From positions 30,719 to 94,718 of the forward strand of contig CAIQQM010000018.1 of NCBI GenBank assembly GCA_903873945.1: a stretch of DNA of 64,000 nt, read 5' to 3'. The notes below the pieces were generated by a model. The model saw only the letters and a list, made by a program, of their open reading frames with translations, had not been told where the DNA came from and did no database searches. This document shows, one piece after another, positions 55,309 to 63,381 of the stretch. Positions within the stretch are counted from its first letter, which is position 1. Each line of letters begins with the position of its first letter. The DNA is from an uncultured Verrucomicrobiota bacterium (GTDB lineage: Bacteria; Verrucomicrobiota; Verrucomicrobiia; Limisphaerales; UBA8199). The translations under genes were made by a program, and so were the position numbers.

Positions 55309-55341
55309 AACCCAGCCGGCCGTCCGGCACCAAAACAGCGG

Positions 55342-56028
55342 CTATTTCTGGCTGGACTCCACCCAGCAGACCGCGTAGCGGATGAGGGCGTTGAGGCTGT
55401 TCAATTTCAGTTTCCGGCGGATGCTGTTGCTGTGCGTCGTGATCTCCGCGCCGGTCAGTCTGAGTTCGCGGGAGATTTCCAGCGTGCTTTTGCCCTGGCC
55501 GAGCAGTTCTAAAACTTCCAGCTCGGAATCGGTGAGCTGATCCAGCGGGCCGGCTTTTTTTTCAGACGACGGTTTTGCTGATTCCTCAAAAACATTTTCC
55601 GTGACGTAAATATGGCCCGCCAGCACATCGCGGATGGCAAAAATGATTTCCTGCGGGTCTTCCTGTTTCATGATGTAACCGTCGCCACCAGCGCGCAAAA
55701 CGCGCTGCGCGTAAAGAGCCTCGTCAAACATGGAAACCACCAGCAGCTTGACCGGCAGTTTCAGGGAGCGAATTTCCTTGATCAATTCCAGACCGCTCTT
55801 TCCCGGCAGCGCAAGATCCACCACCACCAGGTTCGGCTTGAGCTTGAGGATGGATTTAAGTCCCTGCCGTGCGTCACCCGCCTCGCCGCACACCGTGAAA
55901 TCGGGTTCGGCGTTCAGCAGTTTCGCCAGCCCTTCGCGAAAAACCGGATGGTCTTCCACCAGAAAAATCCGGCTCCGCTGTCTTGCGACCTGCTTTTTTA
56001 AAAGTTTTGCCATAGCGATGACATTCAA
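55342..56028 (-). CDS. NarL/LuxR-family response regulator
   Basis: 228 aa with a REC domain (IFLVEDHPVFREG...VVVDLALPGKSG) and a C-terminal LuxR HTH (LTDSELEVLELLGQGKSTLEISRELRLTGAEITTHSNSIRRKL). Confidence 0.9.
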   Translation of the reverse strand: MNVIAMAKLLKKQVARQRSRIFLVEDHPVFREGLAKLLNAEPDFTVCGEAGDARQGLKSILKLKPNLVVVDLALPGKSGLELIKEIRSLKLPVKLLVVSMFDEALYAQRVLRAGGDGYIMKQEDPQEIIFAIRDVLAGHIYVTENVFEESAKPSSEKKAGPLDQLTDSELEVLELLGQGKSTLEISRELRLTGAEITTHSNSIRRKLKLNSLNALIRYAVCWVESSQK

Positions 56029-56099
56029 AAATTCTATCCGCCGTCACACAAGATAATTGGGATTTTGATACATTAAACGCCTTCCTGCCGCTTTTAGCA

Positions 56100-56390
56100 A
56101 GCCAACATCCGTGCGCACACCGGCTGAAATCTTTCGGCAGTTGTGGCGTGGTCGAACTGCGTCAGAAAAGATGCAAACACTGCGCGCTGACACGGTGAAA
56201 CGTGCCGACAACGCCGCACTTTAGCAGACTGAAAAACGATTCTACGAACGCGGTTGCGATTGCGTTTTGCCCTTCGTGGCGACGGCATTCACCAGCGCGA
56301 TATTTCAAGGATTTATCCGTGAATCTTGGTTCAAGGCCGTGATAGGCGTATTTTGCATCCGCGTAGACGGACTTCCGACCAGATTTGCAC
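56100..56390 (-). pseudogene. Highly degraded IS3-family transposase C-terminal (rve) remnant
   Basis: The minus strand reads SGRKSVYADAKYAYHGLEPRFTDKSLKYRAGECRRHEGQNAIATAFVESFFSLLKCGVV...LF*. Compare the IS3 orfB pattern HSDRGSQYxS...SMSRxGNCxDNAxxESFFxxLKxE. Indels and a stop are present and the boundaries are approximate. Confidence 0.4.
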
Positions 56391-56683
56391 GTTGTTACAG
56401 ATGGTTATGGCACGCGCTGCCGGCCTGTTGATGTCCTTATACTGACATTGCATGTCTCAAATTTGTATAGAACGCGACGGGAATGCACATAATATATTAT
56501 CGTAAATACAAATTGAATTTTATGGCAGAATTTTCAGCGGTGGCGTTATTGGCAAAAATCGAATCGCGTTTCATGCAGTTACGCAAAGAAAATGACCGGC
56601 GGGCAAGCTGGTAAAGATTGTGGGGACGGGCGGTCGCGAATAGTTCGTGCTTTAAAAATCAATATCGCTCATCAACTATAATT

Positions 56684-57052
56684 GTGAAAAAAACTTCAGC
56701 CCCACAATTAAGAACCATATTGCTGGTTGACGACGATGCTGACACGCGCCAGTTGACAAAAATGTTTCTTAACAACTATGGTTATGAGGTTGATTCCACA
56801 GATTCCGCCAGTGAAGCGCTTGAACTATTCAATCCCTTTCGCCACGATCTGATTTTAACGGACAATTCCATGTCCGGCATGACGGGCGGCGAGCTGGCTC
56901 GGATCATCAAGCAAATATCACCCGCCACACCCGTGGTGATGTGCTCCGGAAATCCCCCCAACGATTGTTCCGGCATTGATGTCGTCATCAAAAAACCAAC
57001 CTATCTTCTGGCCATCAAAGACGTCATCAACAAGCTGCTGCCGCTAAATTAG
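56684..57052 (+). CDS. Single-domain response regulator (receiver only)
   Basis: REC fold: ILLVDDDADTRQL...DLILTDNSMSGMTG...KKP. GTG at 56684 is preferred over the track's TTG at 56618, which adds a non-REC, low-quality N-terminus. Confidence 0.75.
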   Translation: MKKTSAPQLRTILLVDDDADTRQLTKMFLNNYGYEVDSTDSASEALELFNPFRHDLILTDNSMSGMTGGELARIIKQISPATPVVMCSGNPPNDCSGIDVVIKKPTYLLAIKDVINKLLPLN

Positions 57053-57108
57053 CGGCAAAAAACAAGCCAGTTATGGTGGGATTTTACAGGCTCTGTGTGC
57101 TTTGGCCG

Positions 57109-57152
57109 GGCGGCAGGGATGCCGCCGTCTACGGCAGGCAGGATGCCTGCCG
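57109..57152. terminator. Two adjacent GC-rich hairpins between convergent genes
   Basis: ggcggca/ggga/tgccgcc (57109-57126) and cggcaggc/aggat/gcctgccg (57132-57152). They lie between the stops at 57052 (+) and 57153 (-). There is no clear U tract. Confidence 0.4.
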
Positions 57153-57443
57153 CTACAAGGCTCTCAGGTAATCGAACGAATAAATCCCGGAGGCATGGCC
57201 GTCGGCCCAGACCGGCTGCACGGCATAGGTGCCCACGTTGAGAATGCGCGTCAGCTTGAACGCGGCGGGGGCCAAAGTCTGCTCCGGGTTCTTATAGACG
57301 TTGCCCATGATGTCCACCTCGCCTTTGCACCCGGCGCACGGGCAACAACGCCTGAGCTTTTCCAGCGCAATAAAACTCTCGCTGCCATCCTCCCACTTAA
57401 TGGCCAATTCATCTCCAATGTGCTGCAGGTCCGCTGGTCGCAT
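57153..57443 (-). CDS. DUF971 (gamma-butyrobetaine hydroxylase N-terminal-like) domain protein
   Basis: 96 aa. The sequence LAIKWEDGSESFIALEKLRRCCPCAGC...YAVQPVWADGHASGIYSFDYLR fits the DUF971 pattern. Confidence 0.75.
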   Translation of the reverse strand: MRPADLQHIGDELAIKWEDGSESFIALEKLRRCCPCAGCKGEVDIMGNVYKNPEQTLAPAAFKLTRILNVGTYAVQPVWADGHASGIYSFDYLRAL

Positions 57444-57469
57444 ATGGCAGAGAAGTTGGCGCGGGTGAA

Positions 57470-58621
57470 TTACAGCAGATCAAGCGCGCGCTGCAACTCG
57501 GTGTCCGAGTTGTAAAAGTGCGGCGACAGGCGGATGTATTTTTGCCCTTTCCGGTCCACCCGCAGGGAGGTGAAGACGCCGGCGGCGTGAAGTTTCTGAT
57601 GCAGCGGCGCCAAATCCGCGCCCGGGCGGTAAAACGAGACCAGCCCGCTCCAGGCTTCCGGGGGCGCATCGGCTGACAGCACCGTGTACCCTTTCGCCTC
57701 CAAGGCGGGAACCAGCAGCGAGCGTTTGCGCAATAACTCCTGCGCGATGTTGGCCACGCCCGTTTCCAAAATGAGTTCCAGCGCCGCAACCAGGCCAACC
57801 AGCCCGAATAGATTGTATGCGCCGGGTTCGTATCTCCGGGCGCCGCTGTGGAAAACCATTTGTTCCTGGGCGATAAAATCCGGGCAGCGCACGTTGTTCC
57901 AGCCATAGATTGGCGGGTTCAGCTTTTCCTGCAGTGCCCGCCGCACATACATCAATCCTGCCCCGCACGGTGCCAGCAGCCATTTGTGCCCGTCCGCCGC
58001 CAGAAAATCCACATTCTCCACTGTCAGCGGGAACGCGCCCGAGGTCTGGATCCCGTCCAGGCAGAAGAGAATGCCGCGCTCGCGCAAGTACTTGCCGATT
58101 GCCTGGTAATCAATCCGGTAGCCGCTCACGAAGTGGCACGACGCCAGCGCCACCAGCCGCGTGTTCTCATCCACCTGTCCCATCACGTCAGCGGGACGGA
58201 TTGCCCCCAGCCCGCGCGTGTTCATCAACCGCACTTCCACCCCCTGCCCCGCCAAGGCCATCCAGGGATAGACATTCGACGGATAATCTTCGAAGTAGAT
58301 GAGGATGTTGTCGCCTTTCCGGAACTTCACGCCGCTGGCAATGAGGCTCAGCCCCAGGGATGTCGGGCCGACGAGCGCAATTTCGTCCGGCTGGCAATTG
58401 AGCAGCCGCGCCCCAAGTTTTCGTCCCTCCTCCAAAATCGCCGGGTAAACAAACTTTTCCTGGTCCCCGGTGGCGGCGGTCCGGGCGTACTCCGCGATCG
58501 TTTCCGAAACCCGCCGGGGCAGCGGGCAAACGCCCGCGTGCGCCAGAAACACCTTGTCCCGCGTGACGGGGAATTCAAGCTTCCGCAAGTCTTCATTAGC
58601 AAGCAGCTCGGCAATGGACAT
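57470..58621 (-). CDS. Class V aminotransferase-fold PLP enzyme (cysteine desulfurase/selenocysteine lyase-like)
   Basis: 383 aa. The PLP-lysine context is DFLAADGHKWLLAPCGAGLMYV. Confidence 0.8.
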   Translation of the reverse strand: MSIAELLANEDLRKLEFPVTRDKVFLAHAGVCPLPRRVSETIAEYARTAATGDQEKFVYPAILEEGRKLGARLLNCQPDEIALVGPTSLGLSLIASGVKFRKGDNILIYFEDYPSNVYPWMALAGQGVEVRLMNTRGLGAIRPADVMGQVDENTRLVALASCHFVSGYRIDYQAIGKYLRERGILFCLDGIQTSGAFPLTVENVDFLAADGHKWLLAPCGAGLMYVRRALQEKLNPPIYGWNNVRCPDFIAQEQMVFHSGARRYEPGAYNLFGLVGLVAALELILETGVANIAQELLRKRSLLVPALEAKGYTVLSADAPPEAWSGLVSFYRPGADLAPLHQKLHAAGVFTSLRVDRKGQKYIRLSPHFYNSDTELQRALDLL

Positions 58622-58690
58622 GGTTCCTACCCTAAGAAAAATTCGCGCGAGTGCAAAGGCGCAAAGATGCTAAAAGCGGACGGGGTAGCC

Positions 58691-58762
58691 ATAGATGGCA
58701 CAGATTTCACAGATTGGGAAAAGGATTTCAGCCACGGATTGAACACGGATTAAACACGGATT
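58691..58762. repeat. Array of 5 (plus 2 degenerate) direct CAC[A/G]GATT motifs in the 5' region of the aminotransferase gene
   Basis: cacagatt at 58699 and 58708. cacggatt at 58733, 58744 and 58755, with exact 11-nt spacing for these last three. Degenerate copies are atagatgg (58691) and aaggattt (58721). Confidence 0.7.
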
Positions 58763-58946
58763 CCCGGAACAGGAATTTAATGCAAAGACACAAAGGCGCA
58801 GAGACGCTACCAGGGGGATTTAGGACTGCAGCCCGGGAACAGGAGCTCGGCGCAGACCGACCGCGACTACGATCTGGTGGGAACCTCTCTCAACAAAGAT
58901 ACCAGCCCCACGGGCTTTTCCCTTTGTCTGCCCTGCCCTCTCTACC

Positions 58947-58997
58947 CCGGGAAATTTGCGCCGCCTGACGGCGGCTACACACTCCGACATTTCCCGG
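58947..58997 (-). terminator. Compound hairpin immediately after the T2SS-F gene stop
   Basis: The outer 9-bp stem ccgggaaat/atttcccgg encloses the inner stem gccgcc/tgac/ggcggc. There is no U tract. Confidence 0.35.
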
Positions 58998-59999
58998 CTA
59001 AAACCCTCCCGCATCCTGGATTGCCTTGAAGTGCCCCGACCAGAATTGGATGACGCGGTAGGCAATCATCAAGGCGACGCAAAGATAGATGGCGCGGGGC
59101 GTCCACTGAGCCACCGCATGCAGTTTGCGCGAGCCTTCCTCCTGGTAGTAGGCTTGCAGCCGCCGGAGTGTCTCATCGAGCTTCCCGCTCACTTCGCCCG
59201 TTGCGTACTGGCTGGCAAAAAGCTCCGGAAAACTTGAGCAATCCCGGACGGCCTCGGCGGGGGTTTTGCCGGCGTCCACCCGCGGACGCCAGGCCGCCAC
59301 GGCCCGCCGCAAGGCCGGCGAACCGCTCGCCGCCGCCGCCAGTTCCCATGCTTCCACGATGGTTATGCCCGCGCTGATCAGGGCTTCCAGCGCCCCCGCC
59401 AGCCGCGACAACGCCAGCCACCGGCGCGCTGTTCCCAGCATTGGAATGTGGTGCAGAACATTCTCCACCGCACCGCGCCACGCTTCGCCACGCTCACCCT
59501 GGCACGCGTAAATTATCACGCCAACCACCCCATAAATCGGGAGCAACACACCGAAAGTCTGGCAGAAATACGCCAGCCAGTTCCCGGAAAGGAATAGTTG
59601 CGAGAAAGGAAAAATAAAAACCGCGAAATGGAGCAGGAACGCCGGATAGGCCAGGTCACCCATCATCTGCCGGGCCAGCCGAGCCCGCTCGTCGTAATAC
59701 CGGGCCAGCACGCGGAAGCCGGCCTCCAGCCGCCCGCTCTGCTCGCCGGCCTGCAAAAGCGCGATATCGAAAGCCGGCAGCCACCCGTCAAGGTTCCGGA
59801 CCGACTCGGTGAGCGTGCCGCCGCGGCCAAGCTGTTCCAACAGCCGCCCTAGCGGCTCGCGGTCCGACGCGGCCGGCGGATGGCGCTTGAGCTGTTCAAG
59901 CGCCCGCACCACACCCAGCCCCGCCGAAGTGAGTTGTCCGAGCTGATGATAAAACTCGGCCCGTCGCGAGAACTGGCCGGGCGTGATGATGAATGCCAT
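58998..59999 (-). CDS. Type II secretion system F-family (GspF/PilC-like) membrane protein
   Basis: I trimmed the start to MAFIITPGQFSRRAEFYHQLGQLTSAGLGVVRALEQL (ATG at 59999). It has two T2SS-F-like repeats (...LESVRNLDGWLPAFDIALLQAGEQSGRLE... and ...FPELFASQYATGEVSGKLDETL...) separated by TM helices. Confidence 0.75.
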   Translation of the reverse strand: MAFIITPGQFSRRAEFYHQLGQLTSAGLGVVRALEQLKRHPPAASDREPLGRLLEQLGRGGTLTESVRNLDGWLPAFDIALLQAGEQSGRLEAGFRVLARYYDERARLARQMMGDLAYPAFLLHFAVFIFPFSQLFLSGNWLAYFCQTFGVLLPIYGVVGVIIYACQGERGEAWRGAVENVLHHIPMLGTARRWLALSRLAGALEALISAGITIVEAWELAAAASGSPALRRAVAAWRPRVDAGKTPAEAVRDCSSFPELFASQYATGEVSGKLDETLRRLQAYYQEEGSRKLHAVAQWTPRAIYLCVALMIAYRVIQFWSGHFKAIQDAGGF

Positions 60000-60186
60000 G
60001 GTTCGAGCCGCGTCGGGATTATCGCCGGCAGCTCGCCGGGCATCTTGCCTCTTGCCGGGGCTCAAGCGCAAGTACTCCTGACGGAGCCAGGGTCCGGAGG
60101 TTCGGTCGCTGCGCCCCCGTTTCACCTTCAGAAAAAATCCGCGCGAAAGCCATAAAAAGAGATTTGAGCGCAAGGGCCGGCCAATT

Positions 60187-61110
60187 ATGATGACCAGAAT
60201 GAAAGCATCGGAACAAAAAATTAAGCTTGGCAGAATGGACGCGAAGCAGGTGGCGGAGGAGATCGGGGGCTTCATTCTGAGCAAGGTGCTGGAACAGAAG
60301 AAGACCGGCGGTGTGATGGGGCTCTCCGGTGGTGTGGACAGCACCTGTGTGGCCGCGCTGGCGAAACGGGCCTTCGACCGGCACAACGCCAAGCATCCCG
60401 AACACCCGCTGGAGGTCGTGGGCTACCTTCTGCCCTCGAACACCAACCATCCCAAGGACGCGGAAGACGGTTTGAAAGTCGCGGCCCGGCTCGGGATACG
60501 GCACGAGATCCTGAGCATCGAAGCCATCGTGGAAGCCTTCAAGTCCACCAACCCGGAAGCCCTGAGCCACAAGTATCATCGCGGCAACCTGACTTCCGAG
60601 ATCCGGGCCGTCGTCCTCCACACCAAAGCGGCTACCGAAAACAAGTTGGTCATTGGCACCGGCAACCGGGATGAGGATTACGGGGTTGCCTACTACACGT
60701 TGTTCGGTGACGGGGCGGTGCATATGAGCCCGATCGGCAACCTGCCCAAGCGGCTGGTGCGGGAGATGGCGACCTTCCTGGGATTTGATGACCTTTCAGG
60801 CCGGATCTCGACCGCCGGGTTGGAGCCAGGGCAAACCTCCTTCAAAGATTTGGGCTGCGATTACGAGTTTGCGGAGCTGGTGTTAAATGGCTTGGATCAG
60901 GGCCTGCGGGCGGAAGAGCTTGCCACCCACAGCCAGGTTGTGTCTTACGCGAACCAGCAGATCGAGAAATACACCCAATGGTATGGAGCGCCTAAGTTCA
61001 CATCCGCGACGGCACTTGTCAGCGAGATTATCCGGCGGCATCAGATCGCCCTGCTCAAGGCCGAGATCGTCAACCCGGATATCGCTTCCATCACCTTAAC
61101 GCTGGAATGA
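60187..61110 (+). CDS. nadE: NH3-dependent NAD+ synthetase
   Basis: 307 aa with the PP-loop motif GLSGGVDSTCVAAL and the typical NadE length. Confidence 0.85.
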   Translation: MMTRMKASEQKIKLGRMDAKQVAEEIGGFILSKVLEQKKTGGVMGLSGGVDSTCVAALAKRAFDRHNAKHPEHPLEVVGYLLPSNTNHPKDAEDGLKVAARLGIRHEILSIEAIVEAFKSTNPEALSHKYHRGNLTSEIRAVVLHTKAATENKLVIGTGNRDEDYGVAYYTLFGDGAVHMSPIGNLPKRLVREMATFLGFDDLSGRISTAGLEPGQTSFKDLGCDYEFAELVLNGLDQGLRAEELATHSQVVSYANQQIEKYTQWYGAPKFTSATALVSEIIRRHQIALLKAEIVNPDIASITLTLE

Positions 61111-61386
61111 CCAGCAGGTCGTTGTGTCTGGCACATCAGGCTTATTTAGGGGTCACTTTATTAACCCTACCCCCGGGGTCGGTTCCAGCGCGTGGACGGC
61201 ATAAGTAAACGTCACGCAGTCCTTGCTGGGCATATTGAGGGAGTTCGGGTCACCGTTGCTGACGACACCTTCGGAAACCGCCCTAGCTTTGGGCATGCAC
61301 CTCATCGAAATCAGCGACCGTTCCTTAGCTGCCTGCTGCTGATTGTGTTTGGATTTCAAGGAATCTCTCCATTCCCCAAGGAAAAT

Positions 61387-61463
61387 TGGTCGGGGCGGTG
61401 AGATTCGAACTCACGACCTCTTGTACCCGAAACAAGCGCGCTACCAGGCTACGCTACGCCCCG
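61387..61463 (-). tRNA. tRNA-Pro (anticodon CGG), CCA encoded
   Basis: The minus strand reads CGGGGCGTAGCGTAGCCTGGTAGCGCGCTTGTTTCGGGTACAAGAGGTCGTGAGTTCGAATCTCACCGCCCCGACCA. It has a 7-bp acceptor stem, the anticodon stem cttgt/acaag with loop TTCGGGT, and a GTTCGAATC T-loop. Confidence 0.95.
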
Positions 61464-61569
61464 ACCCTGAACGAAAAGCTTGCCCATCGCCTGACCAATT
61501 TGCAACCTTGAAATTCGAGATCACTCATTTGACTTCCAACTTTGAACAAACAGTGCTTCAGTCAGGCAG

Positions 61570-62292
61570 ATGATCGGCACAGTTCTCAACGTCGCCGGAA
61601 TTCTCATCGGCGGCATCATCGGTCTGGCGGCGGGTAAAAGGCTTTCGCCCGCAAACGAATTCCTCTTTAAGGCCGCGCTGGGAGTCCTGGCAGGCTTCTA
61701 CGGTCTCTGGCTAACTTGGGCAAGCCTTAACGGTCCCTTTTTGCAGGTGCTGAAACAACTCCTGGTTGCCCTAATCGCTTTGATGCTGGGCAAATTGACG
61801 GGGCGGCGGCTGCATCTCCAAAGAGCATCCAATTCTCTTGGCCGTCGCGCGAGAGACCACATTGCCGCCGCCAAACCCGGCGACGCCCAATCTGTCGGCG
61901 AAGGGTTTAAAACCTGTGCCCTTCTTTTTTGCGCGGCACCGCTCGGCGTTCTGGGGGCGCTCCAGGACGGACTATCGGGATACCCTTACGCGCTCGCTGT
62001 CAAGGGGGTGATGGAAGGTTTGGCCGCAATGGGCTTCGTCTCCATGTTCGGCTGGGGTGTGATGCTGGCGGCCTTGCCGGTGCTGGCCTGGCAAGGCACC
62101 ATTACTCTGGCAAGCGGAAGATTGCTTGCGCCGCTCCTTCAGGCCCATGCCCTGATTGACCCGGTCAACGCTGCCGGCGGATTGCTGGTGTTCGCGGTGG
62201 CCCTGGTCATCCTCGAATTGAAAAAAATTCCGCTGGCCGATTACCTCCCCAGCCTCGCTTTTGCTCCGCTGATAACCTGGTTGTGGGGCTGA
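61570..62292 (+). CDS. DUF554 (YqgA-like) membrane protein
   Basis: 240 aa. The N-terminus MIGTVLNVAGILIGGIIG is typical of DUF554. The protein is hydrophobic throughout. Confidence 0.75.
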   Translation: MIGTVLNVAGILIGGIIGLAAGKRLSPANEFLFKAALGVLAGFYGLWLTWASLNGPFLQVLKQLLVALIALMLGKLTGRRLHLQRASNSLGRRARDHIAAAKPGDAQSVGEGFKTCALLFCAAPLGVLGALQDGLSGYPYALAVKGVMEGLAAMGFVSMFGWGVMLAALPVLAWQGTITLASGRLLAPLLQAHALIDPVNAAGGLLVFAVALVILELKKIPLADYLPSLAFAPLITWLWG

Positions 62293-62337
62293 AATGAGTT
62301 GTTCACTTCCCTGAGTTCGGCAAATATAAAAACGGCG

Positions 62338-63381
62338 ATGGCATTCGAAGATTTTCCAGCACAGCGGCAAGGCGTGCAATTATTCCAACGTTCGCTCGAG
62401 CGCGGACGCCTGGCCCACGCCTACCTTTTCGCAGGCCATCAACTGGAAGAGTTGGAGGCATTGGCGCGCACTCTCGCGAAAACCCTGAACTGCCAGCGCC
62501 CGGTCAGGAAGAACCAGATGGCGGTCGATTGCTGCGACCAATGCCCGAGTTGCCGGAAGATACAGGAGGGCAACCACGGCGATGTTCACTGGGTGCGTCC
62601 CGAATCGAAATCGCGTGTGATCACCGTCGAGCAGATGCGGGACCTTATACGGCAGATCAACCTTAAGCCCGCCGAGGCGGAACATAAAATTGCGATTATT
62701 GTCGCCGCCGACCGGTTGAATGTTCAGGCCGCCAACGCTTTCCTGAAAACCCTGGAGGAACCCCCTCAAAAATCCACCTTGATTCTTCTCACGAACGATG
62801 CGCAGCGAATTCTGGAAACAATCCTGTCGCGTTGCCTGCGGCTGAACTTCGCCGGACCACGGCAATTGCCCCCCGCGCAATTGGAATGGCTCACCGCCTT
62901 CAGCGAAACGGCGGCAGTCGACCAGAAAAGTTTGCTGGGGCGCTTTCGCCTCATGGATGTGCTGTTGAGGGAATTGAATGACGCCCGCGCGCGCATTGAT
63001 GAATCGCTTACCGCCCGCTCGCCGTTGGAGCAATATGAGGACGCCGAACGGGACTTGCGCGAAAAATGGGAGAAAGAGCTGAAGGCGGCCATCGAGGCGG
63101 AATATCGCCGGCAACGCGCCGATTTGTTGGGGGCGCTGCAATGGTGGCTGCGGGATGTTTGGGTGCGCACATTGGCGAAAAGGGGCGCAACCCGGCCTTC
63201 AACGGCGGTAGACCTGTTGAATTTTCCCGGACTCCAGGGCACGGAACAGGTGGCGCAGAGGATTTCGGCAGGTCAAGCGCTGGAAAACCTCGAGGTCATG
63301 GAGCGGCTCCAGGGCTGGCTGGGCACGAACGTCCAGGAAGCCCTGGCTCTTGAAGTCGGCCTGCTGAAGCTGCATTTGTAA
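62338..63381 (+). CDS. holB: DNA polymerase III delta' subunit
   Basis: AHAYLFAGHQ, the zinc module CDQCPSCRKI, and SAANAFLKTLEEPP-type FLKTLEEPPQKSTLILLT. ATG at 62338 is preferred to the track's TTG at 62299. Confidence 0.85.
   Translation: MAFEDFPAQRQGVQLFQRSLERGRLAHAYLFAGHQLEELEALARTLAKTLNCQRPVRKNQMAVDCCDQCPSCRKIQEGNHGDVHWVRPESKSRVITVEQMRDLIRQINLKPAEAEHKIAIIVAADRLNVQAANAFLKTLEEPPQKSTLILLTNDAQRILETILSRCLRLNFAGPRQLPPAQLEWLTAFSETAAVDQKSLLGRFRLMDVLLRELNDARARIDESLTARSPLEQYEDAERDLREKWEKELKAAIEAEYRRQRADLLGALQWWLRDVWVRTLAKRGATRPSTAVDLLNFPGLQGTEQVAQRISAGQALENLEVMERLQGWLGTNVQEALALEVGLLKLHL

Noticed and set aside
16289-56390. Idea that the IS3 N-terminal fragment (16.3-17.0 kb) and the IS3 C-terminal scar (56.1-56.4 kb) are two halves of one element split by insertion of the EPS block
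   Set aside because: Both are on the minus strand with the N-terminal part at the lower coordinate. That is the wrong order for a single element interrupted by an insertion. Their states of decay are also very different. I kept only the weaker 'flanking remnants' observation.
57848-58753. 301-aa plus-strand ORF; also 60019..60723(-) of 234 aa
   Set aside because: They are antisense to the class V aminotransferase and to nadE respectively, both of which have diagnostic motifs (DGHKW PLP site; SGGVDS PP-loop).
58691-58762. Possible CRISPR array
   Set aside because: The repeat units are only 8 nt with 1-17 nt between them and no spacer-sized unique segments. There are no cas genes in the window. 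No other CRISPR-like periodicity was seen anywhere in the 64 kb.
61153-61359. 68-aa minus-strand ORF (TTG start, GGAGAG 5 nt upstream) between nadE and tRNA-Pro
   Set aside because: It has no recognisable features, and a comparable ORF exists on the opposite strand (61192..61401). The evidence is insufficient to call a gene, though it is not excluded.
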